In this document: in pieces, positions 19,310 to 30,183 of the stretch | How the letters are laid out: each line of letters starts with the position of its first letter | How positions within the stretch are numbered: position 1 is the stretch's first letter | Position numbers and translations under genes: made by a program | Notes under the pieces: model-generated | Told to the model about the DNA's origin: nothing | What the model saw: only the letters and a program-made list of their open reading frames with translations | Database searches by the model: none | Assembly (NCBI GenBank): GCA_963778555.1 | Contig: CAVZUR010000002.1 | Location: forward strand, 37,817 to 101,816 | Direction of reading: 5' to 3' | Source: Candidatus Moraniibacteriota bacterium | Lineage (GTDB): Bacteria > Patescibacteriota > Minisyncoccia > Moranbacterales > UBA1568 | Length of the DNA stretch: 64,000 nt

Positions 19310-20230
19310 ATGCTCAAAAAGGCTATCCTCGCGACGATTGCCTACTATGACGCCCTCGAATATCCTTTGACTGGGTTTGAGGTGTGGAAGCATCTCATCC
19401 AGCCGAGCGAGGCACTGACAGTCGGTCCAACACTCGGGGAGACGAACGCAGCGCTCGAGGGCTCATTCAGAGCGGAACGGCCTCGCTGTTCCGGGGTTTT
19501 GTCGTACTGCCGGGTCGGGAATTGCTCGTTCCGACCGCGTATCCGCTCCGAAAAACACGCGGTGAGAAAAATCAAGCGCGCCGTGCAGCTCGTTCGCTCG
19601 CTCGCTTGGGTACCTTTTGTCCGGATGATCGGACTGACAGGAAGTCTCTCGATGAAGCGCGGCGACGAGCACAGCGATTGGGACTTGTTCGTCGTGCTTC
19701 AGAAGGGGGCGATTTGGCGCGGCCGGACGGCATTATCGCTCATCCTCCAGCTGATGGGCAAGCGCCGCCACGGGCGGGCCATCGAAAATCGCGCCTGTCT
19801 CAATCATTTCGTGACGGATGGCAGCCTCGAGATCGTCCTACAGGATTTTTTTTCGGCACATGAGTATCGATTCATGTACCCGATCGTCGGGGAGGAGACG
19901 TTCCGTCGTTTCGAGTTGGCCAATCGCTGGATGGTCAAGATCAAACCGGCGTTCCGCCCGGCGGACCTGCCGGTTTTCTGGATGCGCCGATCCAGGAATT
20001 TCCAGCGATGGATCCAGCGATGGTTGGAAAGACTCTGTTCCTGGAATGGCCTGGAGGCTCGGCTGGCGCGGTGGCAGAAAATGAAAATCATGAATAATCC
20101 GAAATCGCGCGCGCCAGGCGCCTTCATCGTGGCGACGGACGACGCGCTTATCTTTCTCCCGCATCCCAAAGGACCGATGGTTTTCGAACGTTTCAAGGAA
20201 AAACTTTCGATCGCGAGTCTTTCGCTCTAG
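19310..20230 (+). CDS. Pol-beta-superfamily nucleotidyltransferase-like protein (probable compensating frameshifts ~19460-19540)
   Basis: TGS...SDWD motif, CLNHF; the alternative frame GLIQSG..FVVLPGRELLV looks more protein-like. Confidence 0.6.
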   Translation: MLKKAILATIAYYDALEYPLTGFEVWKHLIQPSEALTVGPTLGETNAALEGSFRAERPRCSGVLSYCRVGNCSFRPRIRSEKHAVRKIKRAVQLVRSLAWVPFVRMIGLTGSLSMKRGDEHSDWDLFVVLQKGAIWRGRTALSLILQLMGKRRHGRAIENRACLNHFVTDGSLEIVLQDFFSAHEYRFMYPIVGEETFRRFELANRWMVKIKPAFRPADLPVFWMRRSRNFQRWIQRWLERLCSWNGLEARLARWQKMKIMNNPKSRAPGAFIVATDDALIFLPHPKGPMVFERFKEKLSIASLSL

Positions 20231-20283
20231 GCACGCCTGCCACGTGCTATAATGGGGAAAAAGAAAAGCAAAAGAGAACGGCT

Positions 20284-21508
20284 ATGCCGAAGTATTTGTA
20301 TACAGCGAGAAATATCTCGACGGGCGAGACGAAAGGCGGGGAGATCATCGGCAAGGATGAAAGCCATGTCGGTCAGGATCTCCGCGGTCAAGGGTATCTC
20401 GTCACATCCCTCAAGCTCATAGAAGAAGCGACGGAAGGCGTCCAGGTAAAGTTCCTTGACCGCTTCCGGTCGGTGCCATTGAAGGAAAAGATGATGTTTA
20501 CGCGAAACCTCGCGGTTATGACATCATCGGGTTTGACGATTTCACGCGCCATCCATAATCTCGCCCTGCAGACGAAAAACAAGCGCTTTCAGAAGATCCT
20601 GAACGACGTGCATGATGATGTCCAGGCAGGCAAGCAACTCTCTGAAGGTTTGGCCAAATACCCGAGCGTATTCAACGATCTGTTCGTCAACATGGTTTCG
20701 GTCGGGGAAGTCTCGGGAAATCTGGAGGAGGTGCTCGATATCCTCGCGCTTCAGCTTGAGAAGGAGCACGAACTCCTCTCCAAGGTGCGCGGAGCGCTGA
20801 TTTATCCAGCGGTCATCGTTGTCGCCATGATCGGCATCGCGACGCTGATGCTCACCTATATCCTGCCGAAGATTACGCAGACATTCGTCGATATGGACGT
20901 GAAGCTTCCCGCCACGACGCTCTTCATCATGGGGCTTTCAAGTTTCCTTATCACTCACTGGCTCTTGTCGCGTCCTGATCGTCGTCGGATCGATGGTGGC
21001 CGTCCGCGTCGCCGCCAAGACTGAAGCGGGCCGTTATTTTCTCCATTGGCTGGTGCTGCGGCTGCCGATCGTCGGCAATATCGTCATCAAAGTGAACTGC
21101 GCGCGTTTCGCCCGCATTTACAGCTCGCTCTTGAAGAGCGGGGTCTCGGTTATCAACGCGCTGACCATCGTTTCTCGGACTCTGGGCAATGTCTATTACA
21201 AGGAAGCCCTGATCAAAGGCGTGGAAGAGATTCAGAAAGGGACAGAGCTTTCCAAGATCATCGGACAATACCCCGTGATTTTCCCGATACTCGTGACCCA
21301 GATCATCCAGGTCGGCGAAGAGACCGGAAAGACAGAGAACGTCCTTCAGCGCTTGGCGGAGTTCTATGAGGAGGAGGTTTCTCAGATCACGAAGAATATG
21401 TCATCGATCATCGAGCCGATCCTGATGCTCCTCATCGGCAGCATGGTCGGTTTCATGGCTGTGGCCATGCTCCAGCCGATGTACAGCGTCCTGGAAAATA
21501 TCCAGTAA
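20284..21508 (+). CDS. pilC: Type IV pilus platform protein (GspF/PilC), frameshift near 20965
   Basis: Two T2SSF domains: GEVSGNL..YP and GEETG..IEP. Confidence 0.88.
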
Positions 21509-21519
21509 TGATTTCCCGT

Positions 21520-22900
21520 ATGCAGAGATCTACCGAACGGCGATCACTCCAGGGATTCACCCTCGTCGAAGGGATGGTCATGCTGTTTCTCTTCGTGTTG
21601 ATTACGACCGTTTTCTTCCAGACGTTTGCCTACGGTACGGCGCTCGTCCAGCAATCGAAGTATCGTTTGGGTGCGGTAGCGCTGGCTAACCAGAAAATGG
21701 AAATCATTCGGAGCCTGGATTACGACAATATCGGCACAATCTCCGGCATTCCGGCGGGCGATATCACGGAGGATGAATCGGTGCAGGTGAATAATAATTT
21801 GTACCAGGTCCACACCTTTATCCAATACGCAGACGACGTATTCGATGGGAGGCTGGGGGACAGTCCGAACGACTTGGTGCCGAACGATTACAAGCGCGCG
21901 CGGGTTGAAGTTGCCTGGGGAGCGGAGAGCGAATCCGAGAAAGTCGCGCTCTTCTCGACTTTCGCCCCACCTGGAGTCGAGCAATCCGTCGGGTGGAGGC
22001 ATTCTCTCCATTAACATCCTTGACTCACAAGGAAACGGGGTTTCAGGCGCGACGGTTCACATTACGAATAGCGCCGTGAGCCCGACGATCGATGTGACGA
22101 CGGCCACGGACTCAACCGGTAATCTTTTCCTGGTTGGCGCGCCAGCCAGTTCGCAGCAATATCATGTGACGTTCTCCAAGAGCGGGTATTTTGGCAGCCT
22201 GACCTATGCGCCCTACCCCACGACGGCCTTCATCCCGACCGACGTCCATGCCTCAGTCGTCAATGCGACCGTCAATCCGGCGTCATTCGTCATGGATCGA
22301 TCCTCGACCCTTCACCTGAGAACCAAGGATTCATTCGGTGTGGCGATACCGGATATCGATTATCGGATCGATGGCGGCCGTCAGATTGGCACGCAGTCTG
22401 GTACAGGAGTTGCCGTCTACGATTTTGGTGAGGCTGCAACGACCGATACGAGCGGCGAGCATGATTACGCGAATCGGAGTTACGGGAGCTATATCTGGAC
22501 GCTCGACGCCGGTGAGACAGGGTACGCGTTCATCCGGCTTTCTCCCGAGTCAGGTTCGGGCGCCAATCTTATCACGCTGACGCCCGATACCACCCAGGAA
22601 GTCCAGATGATCCTCGCTGATGAAGCGGTAAACGGAGTGCTCTTCACGGTGACGAATGCTGACGATGCTACGATCGTCAACGGCGCGTCGGTGCAACTGA
22701 CCAATGCAACACTCGCCTACGATGAAACAGTGACAGCGAACATCTATGGTAAAGTCTATTTCCCCGCGAGCGCCACGCCGGGACTGGCCGCCGGAACCTA
22801 TGACTACGAGATCGTCGCCGCTGGCTATACGACTAAGACCGGCACGGTCACGGTGACCACCGGTTTGGAAGTAACCACCATTGGCCTGAATCCATCATGA
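21520..22900 (+). CDS. Large minor pilin with Ig/carboxypeptidase-regulatory-like repeats, frameshift near 21992
   Basis: GFTLVE prepilin site; C-terminal GATV..TDSTG and GASV..YGKV beta-repeat motifs. Alternative start 21508. Confidence 0.75.
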
Positions 22901-23552
22901 TGCAATATCCGTTCCCAATTCGTCGAACCAAGAAGCTGAAGGGTCTGACACTGGTTGAAATGCTAGTTGCTATTTTCATCATGTCGGCGGGGATGCTCGG
23001 CTTCTACCCTCCTCTTTTCAAGCAGCTGGAAAAGCAATAAATTCATACTCGAGACCGGGTACCACGGCAGTCCGGGTAAATCGGGCCTCAAGCGAGATTA
23101 TCAATAATCTTCGCAAAGTCCGTCAAGCCGACAATGGCGATTATCCGATCGAATCTGGCGATGATTTTGATATTCAGGTCTACCTGGATATCGATAATGA
23201 CGGGGTGACAGAGCGGGTGCATTATTGGCTCGATACGGTCAATGATTGGTTGATGCTGGGTATTCGCGAACCTTCGTCGGCGGTCCCTCCGAGTTATGCA
23301 TCTGGCGATGGTACGACCAGGATTCTCGCCGAGTACATTGTCAACGAAGCCGCTCAGCCGGTTTTCTACTACTATAATGAGAATTATCCAGGCGATACGG
23401 TGAATAACCCGATTCCGACGCCCATCGCGATCGAAAATGTTCGGCTAGTGAGAATTTTGCTCCGGATGAATATCGACCCGATTAAAGCGCCGAACAATAT
23501 CAACGTCGAATCCTTCGTGGATCTCCGTAATCTCGAATCATATGGCAATTAG
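22897..23552 (+). CDS. Minor pilin (PilW-like), frameshifted around 23005-23075
   Basis: KGLTLVEMLVAIFI prepilin motif; C-terminal ERVHYW...VDLRN. Confidence 0.7.
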
Positions 23553-25000
23553 TTCCGCAATAAGGAAAAAAGGAAGCGCGCTCGTGTACGCTCTGGTCAT
23601 CATGACGGTCGTGCAGATTGTGCTGGTCTCGATCGTCGAATATCGTCTCAACGAACATCAAGTACACTCTGAATATCCGTTCGCGCGAACAAGCGCTGCA
23701 GATTGCGGAGGCGGGAATCGATTTCTACCGCTGGTATCTCGCGCATAATGTGGAGGGAAGGACCGCGTCGCAGATCCAGAGCTTCTGGGACGACGGGAGC
23801 GCATATGGCGTGGGGACAGCCTATGAATCGGACTATTCGGATCCGAGCGGCGGAGTCATCGGCCGCTATCGTCTCGAAGTTACGCCTCCGGCGACCGGTT
23901 CAACGATTGCAATGGTGAAATCGACCGGTTGGACGTACAAATACCCGGCGGTCACGCGCGTGCTTCAGGTCCGGCTGCGTCGGCCGTCGTGGAGCGAAAA
24001 CGCCGTGCTGGCGAACGACTTCATGCGCTTCGGTGCGGGGACGGAAACCTTCGGCAAGATTCACTCCAATTATGGCATCCGCTTCGACGGGCTTGCCCAC
24101 AATGTCCTGTCGAGCGCCGTGTATAAGTATAATGATCCCGACCATACGGGCGGCGATGAATTCGGCGTGCATACGCATGACACGCCAGTCGACCCGTTGC
24201 CGGTGTCGCCCGCATTGCCTCCGGCCCGGACCGATGTCTTTGAGGCAGGACGGGAGCTTGAGGTTGCCACCATTGATTTCAATGGCGTGCTCGGTGACTT
24301 GAGCCTGATGAAGACAGCCGCCCAGTCGACCAGTTCGTACTACAGCGGTGCAGGTGCGGGCAATCTCGGGACGCGGGTTATCCTGAAATCCAACGGGACC
24401 TATGATACCTGCAAGGTAAATGCCTATAATACGGCTTATTCCATAACGCGGTATCTGAGGACTTCTAGCTCAAGCACGTGTGCCGCTTGTTCGGGATTAT
24501 GCCTGAGCAATCATACGATACCGGATGACGGAGTGATTTTCGTCGAAGATAACGCGTGGATAGAGGGTACCATCAACGATCGGAAAGTGACGATCGTGGC
24601 CGCCGATCTTCTCGGCGGCGCGGCGCCCTCAGTCTATATCCTGAATGATATCCGCTATACTAATGCGGATGGCAGGGATGTCATCGGTATCATCGGTCAG
24701 AACAATATCGAAATCGGGTGGGCCAGCGAAAGTGATCTGCGCATCGATGCTGCGCTTCTGGCGCAGCAGGGACGAGTCGGCCGCGAGCACTACACGTCAA
24801 AGGGCTACTCACCGGATTCGAAGTCAGTTATCACGGTCTATGGCGCCATCGCGACCAATCTCCGTTACGGTTTTGCTTGGACCGACGGGACTGGCTATAT
24901 CACTCGCAACCTCTACTATGATAATAATCTTCTTTACTATCCGCCGCCGTATTTTCCAACGGGTACGCAGTACGAACTCGATCTCTGGGAAGAGCTCTAG
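23542..25000 (+). CDS. PilX/GspK-like minor pilin, frameshift near 23640
   Basis: KKGSALVYALVI cleavage motif, QALQIAEAGI, GKIHSN, C-terminal PPYFP...WEE. Confidence 0.72.
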
Positions 25001-25055
25001 TCGCGCGTGGTATGATGATGAGTGAAGAAAAAAGAAACGAAACAAACATGCCGCT

Positions 25056-26150
25056 ATGAGTTTTTTTCGGAAAAAGATTTTTGATCTCTTCCCTCAGCCC
25101 TTCGGCCTGGATCTGTCCGATCTTTCGGTCAAAGCGGTCTGGCTGGAGCGCGAGGGGAAGGAGGACATCGTCTCCAGTTTCGGATCGGTTCCGATCGCCA
25201 TCGGCAGCATCGTAGACGGGGATATCATAAAGGAGGACGTGGTCGTGCAGGCCATCAAAGACCTGCTCGAGAAGACGAAACCGCGGCCGGTCAAGACACG
25301 CAAGGTCATCTGTTCATTGCCGGAAACCAAAGCGTTTCTCCGAGTCGTCTCATTGCCCGAAATGCCGAGCGACGAAGTGAGGGAGGCGATCAAATGGGAA
25401 ATCGAGGCCAATATCCCGCTCACGCTCGACCAAGTGTACTACGATTATCAGATTCTCGATAAGAAACTCGTCAAGGAAAAAAACAAATTGAGCGTGCTAG
25501 TGGTGGCGGTGGCGCGGAGCATGGTCGACCAGATTCACGCGGTCTTGGAGAAGTCCGGACTGGAAGTGGTCGGGCTGGAGACGGAGTCGATCGCCCAGGC
25601 GCGCAGTCTGCTCATTGAGAAGGACGAGGATAAGACGCGGATGATCGTGGATATCGGCGATCGGCGGACCAGCTTTCTGGTCGCAATCGGCCATACGCCC
25701 TGTTTCACATCGAGCGTTCCGCTTTCCTCCCAGATGATTTCCGATGCTATTTCGAAGGAGATGCGCATTTCATTCGAAGAAGCCGAGGCCATGAAGATCA
25801 AGTACGGACTGGGATCGCTCGCCATGCAAAGCCCGCTCTTCAAGGCCGCCCAGCCGATTCTCGAGAATCTGGCCGTCGAGATCGAACGCTCGACGAATTT
25901 TTATCTCAGCAATCTCGGCTATTCGAACGCGATCGATAACATCGTGCTCTGCGGCGGCGGATCGAATATGAAAGGGCTCCTGCCGTATATGACGAAACGC
26001 CTGAACCAATCGGTCGAGTTCGGCAACCCCTGGGTCAATATCCAGCTCGGCCGGACACTCCCACCAATCGATCGGGGACATTCGGTCCAATACTCAACGG
26101 CCATCGGCCTCGCGCTGCGCGGCCTGGATGAATATGAGGATCTTACTTAA
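25056..26150 (+). CDS. pilM: Type IV pilus assembly protein PilM
   Basis: GLDLSD..VK, NIP, YDY, VDIG, LCGGG, STAIGLALR. Confidence 0.88.
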   Translation: MSFFRKKIFDLFPQPFGLDLSDLSVKAVWLEREGKEDIVSSFGSVPIAIGSIVDGDIIKEDVVVQAIKDLLEKTKPRPVKTRKVICSLPETKAFLRVVSLPEMPSDEVREAIKWEIEANIPLTLDQVYYDYQILDKKLVKEKNKLSVLVVAVARSMVDQIHAVLEKSGLEVVGLETESIAQARSLLIEKDEDKTRMIVDIGDRRTSFLVAIGHTPCFTSSVPLSSQMISDAISKEMRISFEEAEAMKIKYGLGSLAMQSPLFKAAQPILENLAVEIERSTNFYLSNLGYSNAIDNIVLCGGGSNMKGLLPYMTKRLNQSVEFGNPWVNIQLGRTLPPIDRGHSVQYSTAIGLALRGLDEYEDLT

Positions 26151-26692
26151 TATCTTGCCGGAAGAGAAACGGAACGGAATCGTTCGACGATTCCGCTCCC
26201 GGTTTTTCCTATGGCAGACAGTACTTATACTCCTCCTCGAGGTGTACTATGTGGCTGTTCTCGGGGGAATCTATATGATACTGAATTACCAAACTGAGGT
26301 GGGAACGGAATCACTCATTACTTTTGACCAGTACAGCGAAGAAGCGAAAAAACTCAGCGAATATCAGGAAGAATTCAAGCAAATCAATGCTCAGACGGAA
26401 AAAGTCAATCGCTATCAGCGTGCTCACTTTCATTGGAGCGCGCTCTTTGTCGCTGCTTCAGGAGCTCGCTCCCAAGGGAGTCGTCATCGTCGAGCTCCTG
26501 ACGAAGGATTATACGGTTTCGATTTCCGGCCAGGCAGGGACACGCGACCAATTTCTCGAATTCGAATCGGCCCTGAAAGGAGCGGAATGTGTCAGTGATG
26601 TCCGGGTCCCGATTTCGAACCTGTTTTCTCAAAAAGAAATTGAATTTCAAGTGGATTTCAAGCTGAAGCGGGAATGTCTGCTCCATCTATAA
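26134..26692 (+). CDS. pilN: PilN-like protein, frameshift near 26450
   Basis: LNILP PilM-binding motif, TM, coiled coil; C-terminal W..L...P.GV..ISG. Confidence 0.72.
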
Positions 26693-26696
26693 CACT

Positions 26697-27440
26697 ATGA
26701 CCAGCCCGAATATCGCACAACTGAAGCCATGGCTCATGCAGAGCGCACTGATCGTCATGATTGGACTGGCGGGCTGGTTCGTCATCCGGCCGTTTCTCGT
26801 GACCATCAAAGGGAAAATGGATGATATTCAACGACTTTCTGTGACGCGGGAGCACAGGGAGAAGCAGCTCGAAAAACTTCCCGATCTGGAGACCCAGCAC
26901 GCTTTGATTGAAGCGGAAGGAGATCAAATCGACATCATCCTGACCAAGGAGCGTCTCGTCGAATTCATCGAGACGCTTGAGCGGTTGGCATTGGTTGATG
27001 CTGTTGAGATTGAGATTGAATCGCGCGATAATGCTTTCCTCGAAAGCAAAGTGACCGCTGTGGAGAAGACAACAAAGAAGGAGGGCGCGAAGCCAGCCGC
27101 TACGGACAATCTGGATGAGCCCGTCGAGACCCCGAAACGCGGGGCGAAGGAAACCGGTATTATCACGGAACTGCCGCTCAAGACATTCCTGAAGCTCACC
27201 ATCACGGTCACGGGAGAATATGCCTCCGTCGTCCGATACCTCCATCACCTCGAAACGCTGCCTTATGCGCTCGATGTCATCGCTCTGAATATCAAAGAGC
27301 ACCCAGAGACTGGGGAGGAATTATCGTCCGAATCTGGTGTATTCAACCCGTTTGGAGAAGCAGTGCCAGAGGTGACGCGGGTTGCTCCCAAAGGGAGGCT
27401 GGACGCCACCTTCGAAACGGTCGTGTATATAAAAGAATAA
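26697..27440 (+). CDS. pilO: PilO-like protein
   Basis: N-terminal TM, coiled coil, GEY...YL..LE.LPY. Confidence 0.65.
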   Translation: MTSPNIAQLKPWLMQSALIVMIGLAGWFVIRPFLVTIKGKMDDIQRLSVTREHREKQLEKLPDLETQHALIEAEGDQIDIILTKERLVEFIETLERLALVDAVEIEIESRDNAFLESKVTAVEKTTKKEGAKPAATDNLDEPVETPKRGAKETGIITELPLKTFLKLTITVTGEYASVVRYLHHLETLPYALDVIALNIKEHPETGEELSSESGVFNPFGEAVPEVTRVAPKGRLDATFETVVYIKE

Positions 27441-27443
27441 CCT

Positions 27444-27770
27444 ATGAAATTCTCCCTGAAGCAGATCTCATTTGACTCGGTCAGGCGCCGGAGTCTTTAC
27501 TTCTGGATCCGGCATTACAAATCACTGTTTGCGATTCTCTTTTTTGTGCTGTCGGGATTCGCTGGCTATCAGTGGCACCGTGACCTCTATCGTTATACCT
27601 GGTCAGTAGAGGAACGAAAGGAGTATCTTGAGACGATTGCCAAAGAAACCGTCTTTCAAGAAAAGAAATTTCAAGATGCATTGGGACAATTACAACAGAC
27701 CCGCGAAATACATCAGTCGGATTTTAATCCAGGGAGAGATTTGTTTGAAGGCGTTCGGAAGAAGGAATAG
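27444..27770 (+). CDS. Hypothetical single-TM protein at end of pil operon
   Basis: One TM; C-terminal GRDLF; 3 nt after pilO. Confidence 0.55.
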   Translation: MKFSLKQISFDSVRRRSLYFWIRHYKSLFAILFFVLSGFAGYQWHRDLYRYTWSVEERKEYLETIAKETVFQEKKFQDALGQLQQTREIHQSDFNPGRDLFEGVRKKE

Positions 27771-27828
27771 GAATCTTGACGACTTGATATATTCGGGGTA
27801 GAGTATCCGAACGTTCAATTACCACACT

Positions 27829-28869
27829 ATGGGAACACGTTCCGCGACACTCACTGCGATCTTTTATGGACAACCCGCCTTTCGCCTCCGCCAAGCGGAG
27901 GCGGCTTTGTTTCGGCCAGAATGGCGTTCTTGGGAGAGTGTGACTGTACTGCCGAAGGAATGGCGTTCGAAACTCTCATTGGAAGCTGCCTGGCTCACGC
28001 TGCGGGAAGGAGCGCTGCTCCAGAGCGCGAAGAAAGACACCTTCAAAGCGATCCTTGAAACGGCGGATGGGAAACGCATCGAGACCGTGCTCATGCAGAA
28101 TGCCCGCGGTTTCTGGAGCATCTGCGTCTCCTCCCAGGTCGGTTGCGCCATGGCTTGCACATTCTGTGCGACGGGCAAAATGGGCTATACGCGCAATCTT
28201 ACGGCTGATGAGATTATCGACCAGTATCGCTACTGGATGTATTTTCTGGATGAACATCGTGATTTGGCACAGCGTATCAGCAATGTCGTCTACATGGGGA
28301 TGGGGGAACCATTGGCGAACTACGACAACGTGAAATCCTCGCTCCAGGCCTTCCTCGCCCACACCGACATGGGACCGACGCGGCTGACCGTCTCGACAGT
28401 CGGTCTTATCCCGATGCTCCGGAAACTCCTCACCGACGAAACGTGGCCTCCCGTCCGGCTTGCTATCTCTCTCCACAGCGCCGATGCCAAGACGCGGACC
28501 GATATCATGCCATCGTCGTATCCGAAATTCCTCGACGATCTGGCAGCGTGGACAAAGGAGTATTTCTTGAAATTTGAGAGCCGGCGGCGGCACCTGACTT
28601 TCGAGTACATCATGTTGGCCGGCGTGAATGATACGTCTGCACATGCCGACAAACTCGTCGCGTTCGCGAGGAAAGTCGGTAAGGTGAAGATCAACCTGAT
28701 TCCGTACAATGATACGAAAAGCAAGTACAGCACGAGTGTGAGTACGGCCCTTATCGCTTTTGAAACCAAACTGAACCGGGCAGGGCTCGATGTCACGCGC
28801 CGCCGGACCATGGGCGCCGATATCGCCGCCGCCTGCGGCCAGCTCATTGTGGAAAAGAATTCAGCGTAG
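27829..28869 (+). CDS. rlmN: 23S rRNA m2A2503 methyltransferase
   Basis: CVSSQVGCAMACTFC, MGMGEP, LAISLH, AACGQL; promoter TTGACG-17-TAGAGT. Confidence 0.93.
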   Translation: MGTRSATLTAIFYGQPAFRLRQAEAALFRPEWRSWESVTVLPKEWRSKLSLEAAWLTLREGALLQSAKKDTFKAILETADGKRIETVLMQNARGFWSICVSSQVGCAMACTFCATGKMGYTRNLTADEIIDQYRYWMYFLDEHRDLAQRISNVVYMGMGEPLANYDNVKSSLQAFLAHTDMGPTRLTVSTVGLIPMLRKLLTDETWPPVRLAISLHSADAKTRTDIMPSSYPKFLDDLAAWTKEYFLKFESRRRHLTFEYIMLAGVNDTSAHADKLVAFARKVGKVKINLIPYNDTKSKYSTSVSTALIAFETKLNRAGLDVTRRRTMGADIAAACGQLIVEKNSA

Positions 28870-28919
28870 TACTTTCCGATTGATTCCAGAGGTGTTTCCG
28901 GTTACAATCGTTAGGTTAT

Positions 28920-30119
28920 ATGAGAAAGCGATATTTCATCCAAACCTTCGGGTGCCAGCAGAATACGGCTGATTCCGAGCGGCTGGCGAGCTATTATGAG
29001 GCACGCGGCTTCGAGGCGGCACCGAGCCTAGAGAAGGCTGACACGCTCATCGTGAATACCTGCATCGTGCGCGACCGGGCCGAGGAGAAAGTCTACGGTC
29101 TGGTACAGAATCTCCGCGAAAAATCGAAGCGCGGACCTGATGATTTGCATATCGTCATCACGGGCTGCTTGGTCGGGGCAGCGGCCCGCGAACCGTCGGG
29201 GAAACTCATTCAGCGCATGAAAGCACGCCTACCGAATGAGGAATTCCTGCCGCTCGAAGATGTCGGTTTCGAGCCGGAACCAAAGCGTGGTGCCGGAAAT
29301 ATGGCCTCCGTTGTCATCTCGAACGGCTGCAATAACTACTGCGCATTCTGCATCGTACCATTTTCTCGGGGCAAAGAACGTTCCCGGGCGTTCGCCGAGA
29401 TCCTGCATGAAGTGCGCGAAGCCGTTCGAGGAGGGAAAACCGAAGTGATGCTGCTCGGTCAGAACGTAAATTCGTATGGTGCGGATTTTCTCATGGAAAA
29501 TATACGGGCTGGTTCGGAGTATGCGCTGCCAGACGGTACGGCCGTGAAGCCAGTGATGGTCAAACACTTGGGCCGTCATCGCATCCCAACCCTTTTTCCA
29601 CATCTGCTCGAAGCGGTTGCTCTGATTCCGGGTGTAAAAAAGGTAATGTTTCTCTCAGCCAATCCGTGGGACTTCTCGGACGAACTCATCGAGTCAATCG
29701 CACGACATCCGAATATCGATCGTCTGCTTCACCTCCCTATCCAGGCGGGGAGCGACAAGATTCTCCGGGCTATGAATCGCTGGTATACCCGCGATGAGTA
29801 TTTGGCGCTCATCGATCGGATCCGGTCCAAGGTATCGGACGTCCGATTCACGACGGATATCATCGTCGGCTTTCCGAGCGAGACGCGGGCGGATTTCGAA
29901 CAGACACTCGATATCGCCAATCGAGTGAAATTCGACAAGGCCTTCATTGCCTGGTATTCGCCGCGTCATGGCACGGCAGCACTCAAGATGGGCGATGACG
30001 TGGATATCCACGAAAAGAAGCGTCGCTATACCGAACTCGATCACCTCGTCTTGCGTCTCTCGGGCAGGGAATATCTGATTGGAAAAACTCTGAAAAAAAT
30101 GGCTCCAATCGCTGCGTAA
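28920..30119 (+). CDS. miaB: tRNA methylthiotransferase MiaB-like, no TRAM domain
   Basis: TFGCQQN, NTC, TGC, GCNNYCAFCIVP, LGQNVNSYG, DIIVGFP. Confidence 0.8.
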   Translation: MRKRYFIQTFGCQQNTADSERLASYYEARGFEAAPSLEKADTLIVNTCIVRDRAEEKVYGLVQNLREKSKRGPDDLHIVITGCLVGAAAREPSGKLIQRMKARLPNEEFLPLEDVGFEPEPKRGAGNMASVVISNGCNNYCAFCIVPFSRGKERSRAFAEILHEVREAVRGGKTEVMLLGQNVNSYGADFLMENIRAGSEYALPDGTAVKPVMVKHLGRHRIPTLFPHLLEAVALIPGVKKVMFLSANPWDFSDELIESIARHPNIDRLLHLPIQAGSDKILRAMNRWYTRDEYLALIDRIRSKVSDVRFTTDIIVGFPSETRADFEQTLDIANRVKFDKAFIAWYSPRHGTAALKMGDDVDIHEKKRRYTELDHLVLRLSGREYLIGKTLKKMAPIAA

Positions 30120-30183
30120 GAGCCACCAGCGTTGCTGTTATACCCGGATGAGAAGTGCTAGGATAAGGGGAGAAAACCCCGCT

